From Rotaria socialis (Eukaryota), in contig CAJNYD010000585.1 in the NCBI GenBank assembly GCA_905331295.1, positions 1 to 64,000 on the forward strand: a stretch of 64,000 bases of DNA. The letters are read 5' to 3'. Both the position numbers and the translations under genes were made by a program. Positions 12,201 through 27,087 of this stretch are shown here, one piece after another (position 1 is the stretch's first letter; every line of letters starts with the position of its first letter). The notes under the pieces are model-generated. The model saw only the letters and a program-made list of their open reading frames with translations, was not told the DNA's origin and made no database searches.

Positions 12201-15200
12201 ATATTCAATTTTATTGATGATTTGTATTAAGCCAAGTGTTGCTTGTTTTTGTTGTTTAGTTAAATTGTTTGTTAACGGTGAATGGGCAATAAGATCACGA
12301 CGTGTATAAAGATTACAAGAACCACTAGAGATTTCAATTTGTAAATTAAGTTCGAAATCGACTGCTGGAGTTGATGTTATTTCACTTGGACTACTGAGAC
12401 TAGGCGAAGAGTTCGATTGAGCTTCGTCAGGTTCATTTGATGAAGTACTAAAAATGAGAGAGAACAAAAAAAGAAATTGATAGGATGTGTTATTTTTTTT
12501 AAATTTAAACGTAGATTAAACAATATCTTGAACCAAAATTAAGAAGAGGATTTTATGTTTTTAGAATACCTATAGTATATAGTTTCAAACGGATTTCTTT
12601 TTCTAGAAAAGTAATGTGCAATGATTTGGTTTGTGAAATTTTACAACGAAATCTCTTACCGAGCAGCCATAGTTGGCGTAAATGATGCTGTACTTTCGTG
12701 TGCTTCCTCATATATTGTTGATGAAGGCGTTTGTAATTCATGTGGAATCATTTCCGATCTTAATAATATATAAACAAGCAAAATAATATACACATACTAA
12801 AATTTTTCTCAGCTTAGGTTAGTTTCTGAAAAAATAATAAAGCCTATTTCATACATTCGTTGACGGTCTGAACTATACGGCGGATGTTTTGCAGCTGAAT
12901 GCATAAGGGAATGACGTCGGTCACTAATAGTACATATATACTCAAACATTAATCAATGCAATAGGACTTTCTTTATGGAATAAAATAGATCGAAAAAACT
13001 TACTTGACATTTTTCAATGGGTTCAAATAATCTGCTGATGATGTTTGTTTATGATTTGGTACACTTAAGGTTGATAGAAGTGTTCGATTACGATCACGAT
13101 TGAGTGAAGTCTAAATTTAAATTTAAAAAACAAATTTGATAATATTTAATAGCAGGAAATAATTAACAGCATGCATTAATAAAACAAAATATATCAATAA
13201 ATAAAAATAATAAGCAATATTGTCTATCATTAGTGACTAGATATAACGAGAGAAAGAAAGAAAAAAATATTTCATTATCAAGTCGTTGAAAAATAATGTG
13301 CAGATTAAATAAAACATGCATGTGGAATGTTAATAAGATAATACAAAACAAAATTCATTGTCAAACAATAGAGGCGAACCCTGAATACAGTTGATCGTTG
13401 TAATGATCCGGATTGTGAAGATTGTGCTTGAAGATTTTGTTGCTGCTGTTGTGCGGACTACAAAACTTAGGTTTTTCATATTCTACTCTAATCAAAATTC
13501 TCGATTAAACAATAACATTTCACGATTATTTATATATGAAACACAAGGAGAGGCTGAGCAATAGGTAAATGTCGGAATTTAAGATTATACAGGACAATGA
13601 CATTTAGCGTCTTACTCTATTGCAGACGGATCTGTGACTAAAACTGTTTGGATCATCTGTGAGATAGTTTTAGTAGATTTTTCATGCTGATGCTATTTAA
13701 AAATTGAATTTCATTAGTAGAAAATTAGATACATATCTATTAATTTAATAGATTTTGTGACATTCAATAAAGATGATCGATTCATTCAAATTTTAATCTT
13801 ATGAAAAAAATTCTATTACCTTATTGGATTGTTTCTTCATTTTTTGTTGTATTTCAGTTTTAACTGTATGTAGCAGCTCTTTTTCTAGCCAACGATAACG
13901 TGCTTCTTCAGGTTTTAAAATTTCCAACGGTGCTTGAGCTCGTCTAGAATAAAAAAAAAAGGTCTTGTGATTTTGTTTTCATCATTTATGCAAGAATCAA
14001 AACTGATCGATTTTTAGCACGTCAGATGAGATTACTTGAGTGCTTCAATTTTTTGTCCCAATATAGAATATTCATATTCTAATCTTTTTCTTCGTTCATC
14101 ATCTTCACTTGGATCCTTTTTATCGCCAGTATTGATTGCATTTCCATTTTGTAGATGACTCGAATCTGAACTCTTTGATAAATCATCATCATTATTTAGA
14201 TTATCCGTAACTTCAATTAGTTGTGTTGATGTTATTGTTCGTATTAATTGTGAAAAACGTTTACTTATAATTGAATCAATGTTTATATCGATACCTTTCA
14301 TGTTCCATTGAACATTTAGAAACCATTTTGGTCTCTTGAAATTTTCTATATGTTTAGCGCGTGAATGCATTGAATAATGACCACTTGGTACACAACACGC
14401 ATTTAAAATTGTATTGGATTGCGAATTTGATGAACGGATAGGTTTCCAATCTGGATTTGTCTGTTGAAAGTTTTCCGCAAAACGAAAACAGAAACCTTCA
14501 AACGAGCCAGAACTCATAATAGCACCGCATGAACATGCAGAGATTGTTGTTTGATCGAGAGTAAAAACAAGAAAATCAGTACTCTCGTCGAATGTCATGT
14601 AAGCATGTCGTTGATTTAGTGTTGCATTCGATTGATAATCTGTTGTTGTTTTGGATGCCGAAGAAAGTTTTGTCGGTTGATCAATTTGTTGAAGTGGAAT
14701 TGCAACACCTAAATCAATAATATGTAATTGAAACATAAGATTGAGTTCATTGGTTGTCGTTGGCGAGGGCTGAACATTCACTAATGAACGTATGCTTCTA
14801 GAGTCACTTGTTGGTGTAGTAAATGCACCGCGTTGTTCGTTCCAATAGTCATAGGTATTTTTATAATTTAGCCAAAAAAGAATTCCTTAGAAACAAAATT
14901 TTATTTATAGGGGAAAATATGATAGATTAAAGTTACCTTTATCGATAGCACCCGATTGCCAATAGAAACTTGGTTTTGTTAAACGAATAAAATACGCTTT
15001 TTTTTCGATCTCATCAAATTGAAAAGAATTTTTTAAAAGTAATTTTGTTTTAAAATAAGCAGCATCTTGAAAATTTCCCGTAGGTAATAATTGTCCTAAG
15101 CTAATTTTAATATTAAGCGCAGCTTTAATTAATGATTTTTCATACAGTAATAAGGAATTTTGTTCGTCATAATTGGTTAATTTAATTAAAATTGGTAATT

Positions 15201-18200
15201 TTTTATCACCATTTTCAAATTTAACAATAGTATTCGATGGTGTTTTTCCCATGACTTCAAAACCTTTCATTGATATATTAATTGTATAGATGAAAGGCGT
15301 TGTTGGTATTTTTTCTTCTTCATCATCATCTTCATTAATATCATTATCAATTATATCATCTGCTGATTTGGAACGTTTTGTTTTAGGTACGACTTCAGTT
15401 GGTTTAAATTGAAAATGATCAACACCAGATACTTTCTCAAGTATTTCATTTATTTCATGTATAATTACTTTCGAAACAAAAACTAATTGTGCAAGAAAAT
15501 CAGCTGTGATAGTTAATTTAAGTAGATCAATTTTTGTACGAAGATTTAAACGTCCCTTTGGTTTATTATCTTGTTCTTGTCCGGCAATATAATTGCCATA
15601 GCAACGAATCTGTGGAAAATCAATGCGGACGTGATTATCTGAACTAACTGTCGGTAGTTGATACGGATTATTTGTATTATTGTTATTTAAAAAATGTAAT
15701 GCATGCTCATGAACAATAGCAGTAAAACGCGACGTTGCTATACCAAGATTGGCAACACCTTCGACGACACCAATTTTATATTGAGCTTTGAGAGTTGACA
15801 GAAGTGTTGTTGAAAATGTCATTCCTTTGCAATGTGCCGTTATATGAACTTCGAAAATAGGTCGTTTTGATATCGACAATAGACTCGTCTGAGTTTCCAA
15901 TAGATTCGTTGTTACATTCGATGACAGTTTTGGTTCTTGATGAATATTTAAATGTCGTTTTGTTGAAATCGGTACAGATATCGAAGGTACATTGATTTCT
16001 GTAATTGTATCATCGATGTTTGTATTCGTTTGATCTGATTCATCATTGTTCAGGTTTGATGTCGCGCTAGACGGTTGTTCGGTATCATCGGGAAGAAATT
16101 CTTGAACATAAGATGTTATTAAACGACCTGCACGATTAACTAAATCGTGAACTTCTTGTGGTCGTAATGGAACATCCATTGCGATTGTGCCAATATTTGT
16201 GACACCGCTCAATCGAAGATTATTTATTCCACGAGTTTGAAGAGATGTTAATGCTTGCGATTTACCAATAATAATATCGAGTACAGATATTTCTTGAGTT
16301 GGCAATGTTGGATTCGTAGTAGTCGCTTGATACGAAGTAGAAGTATTTATGTGCGAGGAAGAATCCGAAGACGTTGAAAGAGTTTCTTTAAGAGACAGAG
16401 AAGTGGAAGCAATTTGAACGATCAATGAACCATCGTATCTAAATTAACAAAGAAATCCATGCGTATAGAAAAGTCAACGAAAACAATTTCTTTACTTTTT
16501 CGCATTATGAATATTTGTATTTGCTTGTAGATTTCGAAGCCGTTGTGATAATGAAATACTTCCTTGAACTTTCCTCATACAACCATCAACTTTCAAGCCA
16601 CCTAATGAAGCTGCATAATATATGTCATCAATAATTAACCAACCGAATGCTGAAAGTAAAAGCGTTTCATGTTTAATGTCATTCTGTTTTGGTAGTAATC
16701 TAAATGATTCTTTTCCATGTTCTTCTAAACTATCATCACTGGACATTTGTGAGTCGTTTCGTTGGTTTTTCGTTGTCGAAGATAAATTTTTGATATCGAT
16801 TGATGTTTCATAAGTGGCCACAAGTTTTCGTAATCTTTTCCAGCACTGCCTTTCGGCACCAATCAAGTCATTATTATTATTATTAATAGGAGGAGACTTT
16901 TTATTAGATTTATCAATATAATTTTCTTGATTATCAGTGATTGTCGTTGTTCGAGAACGACTCTCTGAACTATCATTAACTGCTTGAAAATTGTTTGCAT
17001 CTGTTTTAACCAATTCATCCATGTCGATATATTCAAATGCATTACTAACAACAGTATAAAATTGATAGACAAGACGTAATAATGACAGATTAACTTCTTG
17101 TTTGACACTTTGCACACGAATACCAGCTTGAACATTTGCTGAATGTAATTGATTATGTTCACGAGATTGTTTACAAACACTCTGAATATTTAAATTAGTT
17201 ACATTAAGTATTGTTAATTCAACTGATGGATTTAATATAGCTAGTTGAGCATCATTGATGAGTTCATTGGGTAAAATTTTAACATCGAATTTTTTAATTT
17301 GGACTGTTGCTAAAACTGTCTGACCTAATTTTTCAAACAGCGGTTCAATCGATGATGTCACCGATAATCTTACACCAGCATATTCAAGTAAAATTTTAAA
17401 TAGCTCTTCAACTGAACTAGCATCTGTATAATAAGCTGGTGGATTATTCAATCGACTACTATTGGTATTTTGAACTAAATCGGATTCGTTCATGCCAACA
17501 CTTAATCGTCTATAGCCAGCTGTATTATTGATGTTGGCAGTTGGTTCAAGACGTCGTAGCGCATCACCTTTAGTTAAGAAAGAAAAAAAGAACTTTGGAA
17601 TGATTAAATCAATACGTAGAAATAGATAGTTCTTGTCTTTTGAATTTAAAGCATAGGAATCATGCAAATATGTTCATTAATGTATAGCTGATATTGAATG
17701 GACGTCAAAATTCGTTCAAATTTAAGATTTGCCTGAAAATTCAAAGCGAGTCTCAATCAATCTCAGATCAGCTGACATACTACATGAAAGCAACCGCACT
17801 AAACTTTCTAGTGATCTAGACTAATCTGAGATTGGATATCAACATGTAAACATACGTTAAAATAAGCAATTTCATTAGCAAGAATTTCTCTTGACTGGTT
17901 GATCTGAAAATCTTACCTTGATCAAATGCTAAGTTTACACAACCTGTGGATTGTTCTATAATAATTTAGATACACACTCATATTTGTACATGCATATTAC
18001 GGGTTAGGCAATCAATGCAAATAGCCCGAAAATTAGTTTGTAATTATGAAAAAGAAAGCATTGCCCCAACACTAGCGAATCGCGCTAGAATAGTATCAAT
18101 GAAACAGAACGAAGAAAATTTAAGACTACGAATGCTAATTGTCACACGAGATGATTTGACTGATCACAATGATATGTTGAGCTTTAGAAAAGAAATATAA

Positions 18201-21200
18201 ATATTTACCTATGAATGATGTGGTTGTCGTTCTCTTATTCGTTTCGATTATTGTATCTCTATTACTTGCGTTCGATCGAGTTTTTTGTACTGCTGTACGT
18301 TTTCGAACACCTGAATTTTCTACAGTAGCGTCATGTCCAAGAGTTGATAACGATGTCGGCGATGATTTGTGTTTAAAAGCTTGAGCCCAACCACGACAGG
18401 CTTCACGTATACCTTGTTTTAATATTTCTATTTCTGGTATTATATTTGAAAGAAGATCAATATTGATCTGTGCATTTCTATTGAAGTGTTTTCGAAATTC
18501 AGTTATCATTTGACAAACAGGATATGAAATAAAAAATCTGGTTTTCGGAGTAAATAATTCATATAATTTACTTTGTTGTAAAGTCGATAATGTTGCGATT
18601 TCAATAAGGAAATAAGCTAAAACAGTATCAATACGTTTTTCACGTTTTTTAAGGAATTTTTTCACCGGTTTTTTAACACGATTTATAACGCAAAACCAGC
18701 CAAGAACAGTTGGTGACAAGGTAGAAAGAAAATTCCAATCATAACGAGTATATGAAGAAAGTTTCTTTTGAGCTGAAAGTTGCTGTGTGTTAGACGATGG
18801 ATTTGAATGTACCCGTTTCAATGAATTCGATGTTGATTGTGTATGACGTGGAGGTTCAGGAAATGATATCCATACATGATCAATAGAACCATCGAATATA
18901 CTACTTGATAATGAATTTTTCGGCGGCGAAATTGTATTTGGTGGAGTGTTCGTCGTAGGAGACGGAAGTAATGGCTAAAGAATTTTCAAAAATTTTTCTT
19001 TCTATCTCGAGATATCTAAAAAAAACACTTACTTCGGTTTGTTTTCGCTTTGATTTATGCTTCGTTGATGGTTTAGCTGTTTGTATTTCATTAACTTCGG
19101 TTATAACTGACACAGTCTGTTGTCTTTCTTCTTGCTGCTGTTTAGCTGCATTATTTATTAATTTAAAACAAAGACGTTGCAAACCAAATTCATTCATCAC
19201 AAAACCAACATTTCTTCTATTATCACCAATCGGTAAATGTGTTCGAATATCATTTGGCATATGGAATTGTAAACGACAACGTTGCGATTGTATAGCATGA
19301 ATGTTGACATTCTCAATGGATGAAAAATCGTTTTCAAAACGACGAAATTGTCCTGTGATTGATGAAATTTTAAAAACACCAGCTGTTGATTGGTCACGTT
19401 TCGATAAAATTGTTTCCATTTGAATATCTTTACACGACAGAGCAAATAATGACATAGTAACAATATCTACTGGTCGTCGCAGTTCAGTCAATTGGACGTG
19501 ATCTTCTGCTAAGCCCGCTTGTAATAGGCAAATGTTTATTTTAGATAGTTGTACAGAAAGTTTTGTTGCCGACAAATCGATTGATGTAGATGGAATGTTT
19601 GCTGTTGTTTGAGCTTGAAAATGAAGATCATCAAGAATAGACATTGGATGAAGTTCATATGTTTTCCATTTTTCAATATATGCTGTTAGACATTCGAGCA
19701 TAAGTGGTGTTAAAAGTATATTTAACGGTCCTTTGAACCGAAGACAGAGTTCATTTTCAGTTGCGATGATATTTGATGAAGTAAATGTTGCCCCTATTGA
19801 TGCACGCGTTCGAGTATAATACGATGGATAGTGTTGACGTGATGGTGATGATGATAACGATTCAGACAAAAATGAACATGAAAAACCTTGTGAAACACAA
19901 TTGAAATCAAGTAATGGATGATGATTGATTTGATCCTGTTGAATCAATGGAGGAAACGAAGGAACATTTGACCACGTCGATGAGCGATAATGAGATAGAT
20001 ATCTTATGTAAGTTGTAGATAGTAAGGTAGATTTTTGTATAGGCATTTTCATTTGGCTGCGTAAGCTAATCCAGGAAGGTGTGAACAATGAAGGTTGAGG
20101 AATCGAGTTGTATTCGGTATTTGATGAGACACTCTAGACAAAGAATAATTCAATGTTTACATGATATAGCCTAGATGAAAATTCTTATGTTCGAGTTTGA
20201 ACTGATATTTGGCAAAATCACTATATTCTATGAAATAATCTGTGTGATATTGTCTGTCATTTAGGTTCATTCAACTTTTTCTCTAAAATAATCTCTCTCT
20301 TTTCCGATTTACTTTTTGTGGTAATAGTGTTGAACTATTTTCTGGTTTTGGTGTTTGCAATATTTCTTCTAAAGCTGCTAATGAATCATTTGATGATGAA
20401 GATGATGATGAGTTTGAAGATGTTAATGATACAATTTGTTCATCGACAGATTTTGATAGTAAATTGAAATGTAAAGGCTTTGATGATGATGATGATGATT
20501 CGGTAATATGATTTAAGCTCTTTTCTCTTGAATTATTTAATGATGCATTTTCTTTGGGCGTTAAATAACTATCATTTGTTGTTACTGATGATGATGATCG
20601 CGAGCCGCTAGTTGCATTATTAAATAATGGTATCGATGATGATGAACGTTTGTGAGATTTTTTTTCAAATGAATTTTTATGTTTTTTGTGTGTAAACGAA
20701 TTTGATCGTGCTACTCCAGAAAATATTCTAGTCGTATTCGACTTTGGATCATTTCCGTCGAGACTATCTATTTCGTCTTCGTTCAAATTTTGTTGTTGTG
20801 TACAAAAATCAAATGGATAAAATATTTCTTCATCATTTAATTGTTCATCTGGTACAGACGAACGTTGATATGTATCCCAATGATATTTCTGTTGAAATAC
20901 ATGATGAGAATGTATAACATGAAGGTCAGGCCGAAATAGAGAACGGCCAAACGACGGTTGTTCACTAAGACGAAATGTACTTTTAAAAAAGTGTTCACCT
21001 TGCACAAGTGTATAATAGTTTGCTGAACCGCCAAGACAAGCACACGACGAAAGAGTTACACTTGCTTGTAAACCAAGATTGGATGGTCGCCTTGAAGTTG
21101 TTGTTGCTATTTGTTGAGATTTTGTGTTGTAGAGAAAATGAAGCCTATGCATTTGTTGGTCGTGCCGTAGAAGAAATTCTATTTGTTGATTTAGATTAAC

Positions 21201-24200
21201 TGATGTTGGAGGATGACAGTCGAACTTTCCATTCATACGTAATTCAGGCACATGAATAGAACCAGCTTCTAACCATGAACCAGGATAGAGACGAAGTAAT
21301 TGACGAATTAGAATTGTACCCACTTTTAGTGTTAGACCTTCGTTGCATGAGCTTGTATGCATATTACACATGCATAAACGAACCGGTGCAACCTAGACAA
21401 AGAAAAATGTAGCAGCAAAAATTATAGAAAATTGCTGCGAAGACACTAAACTATCTCCGAAAAAGGTTCGAATTCTTCGCACGCCAAGAATCAACTTACT
21501 TGCGCATGAAGAGCATTTCCAACTTCAATCAGACTAAGATCCACTGAATCTAAACTAAATCTGAGTACGTCGTATTTAAGTTTCTCAACCCATTTTGTTT
21601 TATCCATGATAGGTGACCGCACCAATGTATACTCATCTTCCATCATTTGTAAATAGAAATTTTTCAGAAAGCAAAGCAATTTTTCCACCTGTTAATCAGA
21701 AGAGGAAAAAATAAAACACAATTGCTTTATTAATAATCGAAGGTTTTTGTTAATTTTCATGTAGCTACCTGAATTGTTGTTAAACGAGCTGATGCTTTAC
21801 CAAGTAGAATATCCATTTGCCATGCATACTCAAGTGTTTCACGTTCCGGTGGTAGACCTTCATGAGACAGCATTGCATGACCACGAATGATTAAACCAGA
21901 TAATTGAAGACTTCCAGTAGATAACTGTTGATCAGCTTTATTTCTCTAGGAAAAGCAAGATGAATCTTTTAAAATATTTTTCAATAGAAAGTTTTATTAA
22001 AAAAAGATGTAACTTAAGTAAGAATACGAATTGTTAAGAAATTATTTTTGTTATATTGTAATCATCTATTATCTAAAGGATATCGTAGATGTTTCTACTT
22101 ACCGTTGCAACAATTAGGAGAGTTACTAAATAAAATATGATTAACATAAGATGTCTATGCTCTGTTTCGATAAATTTGGCAAATCTAAAAATGATCGACT
22201 GATTGTTACTCTATCAATCTAGCTGCTCTGCAAAGCCTTACTGAATGAAGAAAACTATTTTTCAAAGCAAAATAAGGTATTATTCAGCTTTCTGACACAC
22301 TGATGTGTTGAACAAAATAAACTCATGTGCGTTTTCATAAAAACAACAGTTAGCCACAAGTTTCCGAAATGATACCTTGTCTTCGGAGAGTCCTTTTGTA
22401 AAATGTATGTACTTACAACAATTGTATCCTCCACATAGATATTCACAGGTAAAAACAATACTTGTAATTTTGTTTCATCTAAATTAGTTGTCATTTCAAC
22501 ACACAATCGTTCGCAAAAACCAATGGGACAAGGCTCAAGATCGGTATGCTAAAATAGGGAAAGAATTAGTTCTATGAGAAAATAGAACTCAATCTTACAT
22601 GAAGAAGATGACCTGTTATATTATGCAGAGCAACACGTAGAGTAACCATGAGTGGTCGAAAATAGCGTGGATCAAATGGTTGATTTTCATCGATCATGTC
22701 AAGGAGTGGATCATCGTTTACAATAATCTTATTTTGACGGATTAACTCTGACTCATGTATATCATGATAAACTTGATTCCAACCAAATAAATTATCCTTT
22801 AAACATTGAAGCAATAGAAATTGATTTAGCTGCTTGATAAAAAAATAAACTTACTTTAACCCACCACAGGTTTTTTAAGAATAATCCATGTAAAAGTAAA
22901 TTAACAGGACCCATATCAAGTTCAATATTAAATATGTCATATTCAAGCTTATTTGGATGAAATGTTTGTCGGTTGCCAATGGATTTTACGTGTTGAACAT
23001 ATTGAAGATCTAATATGCACATTCAAAGTAAAGATTATTTTCACGATTTTGTCGATACCTGTTCGATTCAGATCGATGGGTGGTGAAGAATGAAGTAGAA
23101 TTTGCACAAGAATCTTTATATGAGCGACTTCACCGCATTCAAAACAATTATCTCTTTAAATGGAAAAACGAAAATTGATTAGAAATTTTTGTTGATGGCT
23201 GCTGGAAACGAGTATTGCTTAAACCTTTGACGAAACAATATCACGAGTTTCTATAGATTTATACATTATTTTCTTTGAACAGCAAGCATTGAAAAAATCA
23301 TTTTACGTTTATAGATATTAAAATAAGATGTCCTCTGAGTGAGATCTGAATCAAATTAAAAGAAAAACTTGATGAAAATGATATCTTTTGTTCTTTTTTT
23401 GCAATAGTCCACTAGTTTTTATCCTCACGAAAACTTAAAAAACAACTAAAATTGCTTGATTTTTTTTAAATAGACCAACAAGTTCCTTTTTCCGCTTAAG
23501 ACGCCTTGATATGTGCTATTTACACTATTTAACATCGTGCCTATCAAGAGGGACTGTTTTATTTGTCTTCGGCGAAGAGTATATATGTTTAGAGCGCCGA
23601 GCAATGTATTAAGATCATATTTGCGCTTGAAGGGTAAAGAAAAGATGAAATCGTATACAATTTACATATACAAATAACCCTAATGAAAAGCGATGCCAAT
23701 TGGCATTTAAATTTCCGATGCAACTACAAGATGTCAGAGTGACTCTTTTAGGAGAAATAAGCCCGATAGGTATTTTCATTGCCATAGTCAAAGCAATAAA
23801 ACCTACGCATTTTATCTCTTCGGGAATGTAAGAAAAAACGGAGATTATGTCCAGTCCGAAGAATAGATTAATTTTCGAATATATATGTTCTCGAACACGT
23901 TGAAAAATATGTCAGCGTTCAGATTGAATTACCGTGTATCAAAAACATCTAATAATGATAAATGCGATTTAATACCATTGGGAGTATAAAATTGTTTATG
24001 CATATCAATTCCTTCGATGACATAATACATTCGATTGTTTCGTGGTATAACAAGACGAGCCAGTACATCGCTAACCTAAAAGACAAATTATCATTCGTGC
24101 TTTCGTCTTGGTTTTTTCTCTGAAATAACAAACTTCAACTGTTAAATCCATTGATGTATTTTTTGGGCAAAATTCAAAGAACGCTAATGGATAAGTCAAT

Positions 24201-26858
24201 ACAAGTGTTTTAGCACATAAGGATAGATAATCTTAAAATAAAACAACAAATAGTTGGAAATATAGACAAAGAATTCTCTAATACTATTCTCAGCCGTTTT
24301 CACATTTGAACAATCGAGCCAATTTCCTTGATTACATGGAACTAATAATTCAATATGATCACCACGTAGAGTAATATTATAAATAAATGGAGCGAATGAA
24401 TAAATATCAGGTGGTAATGATGATGACCAATCATTGATCAGAGCTATAAACAAACAATTAAGAAAATCTGAATTAATAACGAATTGTCAAACCTTGAAAA
24501 AAGTTTTTATGTTCGAAAACAAAATAAATTTGAGCTTTTTTTGCAGCAATATCAATGAACCATAGTTGTAATGAATTCCACAAACGAGGATAATGAATGT
24601 GAAGTTTAATCTAGAACGAAAATAATTATTGTTCGTCTTGTTGAATTAAAAATTACATCTTACATGAACATTATCAGCTTCCACTAATGGTGAAAATGAT
24701 AAATTCGTTTGCATTATAGTTTTTAATAGATTGACCGAGAGAAATGTATCGAAACCATCGGGTTGTGTCGAAAACGGAAATACTGCGTCGACATAGGAAC
24801 CTTTGGCAGGACATTCGATATGAAGTTGTTGAAGTTTCTATAGGAAATACGAATATGAAAGAAAACAAAGTTTTAATTTCTTTTTCTAATCACCGTTTTA
24901 TTCATAAAATAAAGATCTAATTTTGTTGAGCAATTAAGTAATAATTTAAAATGTACTGATTTAAATATTCGTGTTTGACCAGCCGTTGGTTCATTTGTTA
25001 TAGGAGACTCTTCATATAGAGTTGGTAGAAAATATTGCCATAACAATTCTCTAGATATGAAAATTTGTTTGAAATTTATTTTTCGAAGAATTGACTATTA
25101 AATAACCTTTGCCGATCTGCCCAAGGTCCATAGGCAATTTTTGTTTCTTTATTACATTTCATACGAATTTCCCATAGTACATCAGGTATCGATTCACCAT
25201 CTGCTGATGGTTCAATCATTTTGCCTAGATTTATCAAGTAACATTAGGTTTCTTTTTCTAGGCAATATATTTTTTCCTTTTACCAGGTACATCTTGTATA
25301 TATTCAAATTCACCTTCGGAACATTCGAAAACTTGAAATACGCCATCACCAACAGTTTTAGACGGTTGAGTAGGAGGGAAACTATTAAGAAAAACGAACA
25401 AAAATCACACGAAGAGGATTTTAGAGCTCTTGAGAATAATAGAATTGGCGTAAAAAAGGAAAACAATCATTCTCACGAGGCCTTAGTATGAAAAGGAAAT
25501 AATAAGTTTTCTTTTTGACAAATGAATACTTTTCACAAAAATTTTGACAAATAACTAATACAATCCATAGTACTCTGCGAGATAGCATACTCCTATCGGC
25601 ATGCCATTGATATCGTGTGTTTCTAAGATGTGTTTTTTTTGCAATAAACCAGCTGCTACGTAAACAATTACAAGGCTGAAATAGAAGCATCTTCACTATA
25701 AATAACACGTATCACTGTTATTAATTTGCTGGCCTACTTCAAATTTCAATTATTACTGCAAGTAAAAATTTTCTTTTACAGTTCGTTTCATCACCAGTGT
25801 CAAGTCAAGTGACATTGTTCCGAAACTTAATTGTTATATCGACTAAATCAAAGAAAATAGTAAATTCTTACATGTCATGACGCTCTCCTGTAAATGCTTT
25901 AATTGGATAGAATTGGATTCGAAGATTTTTATATGTTATGCTATAAATCAGTGTCATTAAATCAATATGTGGAACATATTTGGATGGTGATTCACTAGAA
26001 AATGTACTATTCATGGTATTAAAACTTATTAATAAACCATATGGTACTGTGTCATGTCCAATAGAAATTCGGCCCTATCAAACACAAGAAACAAAATAAT
26101 AGAAAAAGCAAGAGCAACAGTGAACTAACATAATCAACTTTGATTTCAATAGCTGGAAAGAGACTTCGTAAACTTTGTACAAAAAATCGTTCTTCATTGT
26201 TATTAATTGTATTTACATTGGATGATTCATCCACTTTTGTTGAAATGCTAGAAAAATAAAAGATTCGAATAGAATGTTTTCATCGATGAGTTTATATTTC
26301 TTACCCAGAAGTTGATCCTTTTCGCAAATCTTCATTTGAATTATTTGTGTCAGAAAATGTATTTGAACGAATCGGACTGAAAAGTTGTATGTCAACACAA
26401 TAAAGTAAAATCTTTAAGCGTATTGCTGATTTTTTAGTTGTTCTAGACCAATAACGAAATGTTAAACAACCATCTTTAATATAGACATAATAACTTCCCG
26501 TTGTATAATGTAAATTTCTAAACATAATGGAGCCGGATATAAATGATATTGAAAATGAATCAAATTTAAATTGTGCTGCATCTTTAAAATAAAATCTTCG
26601 TAATAAATATGATAATGCAATGCCCTGTATCCGGGAATGATATAATATCAGATAGATAATCCAAAAGATAGTCAATAGATAAACAATAATAAGCAGTGGA
26701 ATTTGTTCACGATGTGTTTCAAAATAATCAATAATTTCATTTGATATAACTTCGAGTGTTGATGGAGTTGTTAAACTAGAGGGTATTTCATTTGAACTTG
26801 TGAAGTTGAATGATGTATTAATTTCTAATGGAAATTCTGTTCGAAACACGGCCTGCAT
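9249..26858 (-). CDS. BLTP1: Bridge-like lipid transfer protein 1 (KIAA1109/tweek/LPD-3 orthologue), multi-exon
   Basis: N-terminal TM helix followed by IIYLILYHSRIQG..SFSISFISGSIMFRNLHY..IKDGCLTFRYW. Internal motifs include HYPRLWN..W..KNFFQALINDWSSSLPPDIYSFAPF, LQLSGLIIRGHAMLS..ETLEYAWQMDI and FPKIWYNRSLARRLF. The C-terminus GADYILQKLGFRHARLTIPKWVQRGIMDP matches the KIAA1109 FSA_C region. The junctions I checked are GT-AG and in frame; not every junction was traced. Confidence 0.93.
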
Positions 26859-27015
26859 TTTATCTGATATGTTTTTTCTTTGAAAAACAAAACAGCATAC
26901 TTGCAGGTTTCGTCTTTTCGAATCGGCACAGTCTCCTTGGAGGTATTTAATGGCGTTTTATATAACCAATGGATTCCTAGTGTATGTAGCGAACTCTGTT
27001 GATGAAGTGCGAGCC

Positions 27016-27087
27016 GTACATTGATTTGGATACATATTATTCAAGCAGTACATTGATTTGGATACATATTATTCAAGCAGTACATTG
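27016..27087. repeat. Perfect 32-bp tandem duplication (2.25 copies) upstream of BLTP1
   Basis: GTACATTGATTTGGATACATATTATTCAAGCA starts at 27016 and 27048, with a partial GTACATTG at 27080. Confidence 0.95.

Noticed and set aside
10542..21199. Plus-strand ORFs overlapping BLTP1 exons (and likewise dynein exons)
   Set aside because: They are antisense shadows of long coding exons with no independent protein signal.
27016..27087. 32-bp direct repeats as a CRISPR array
   Set aside because: The units are adjacent with no spacers, there are no cas genes, and the context is eukaryotic.
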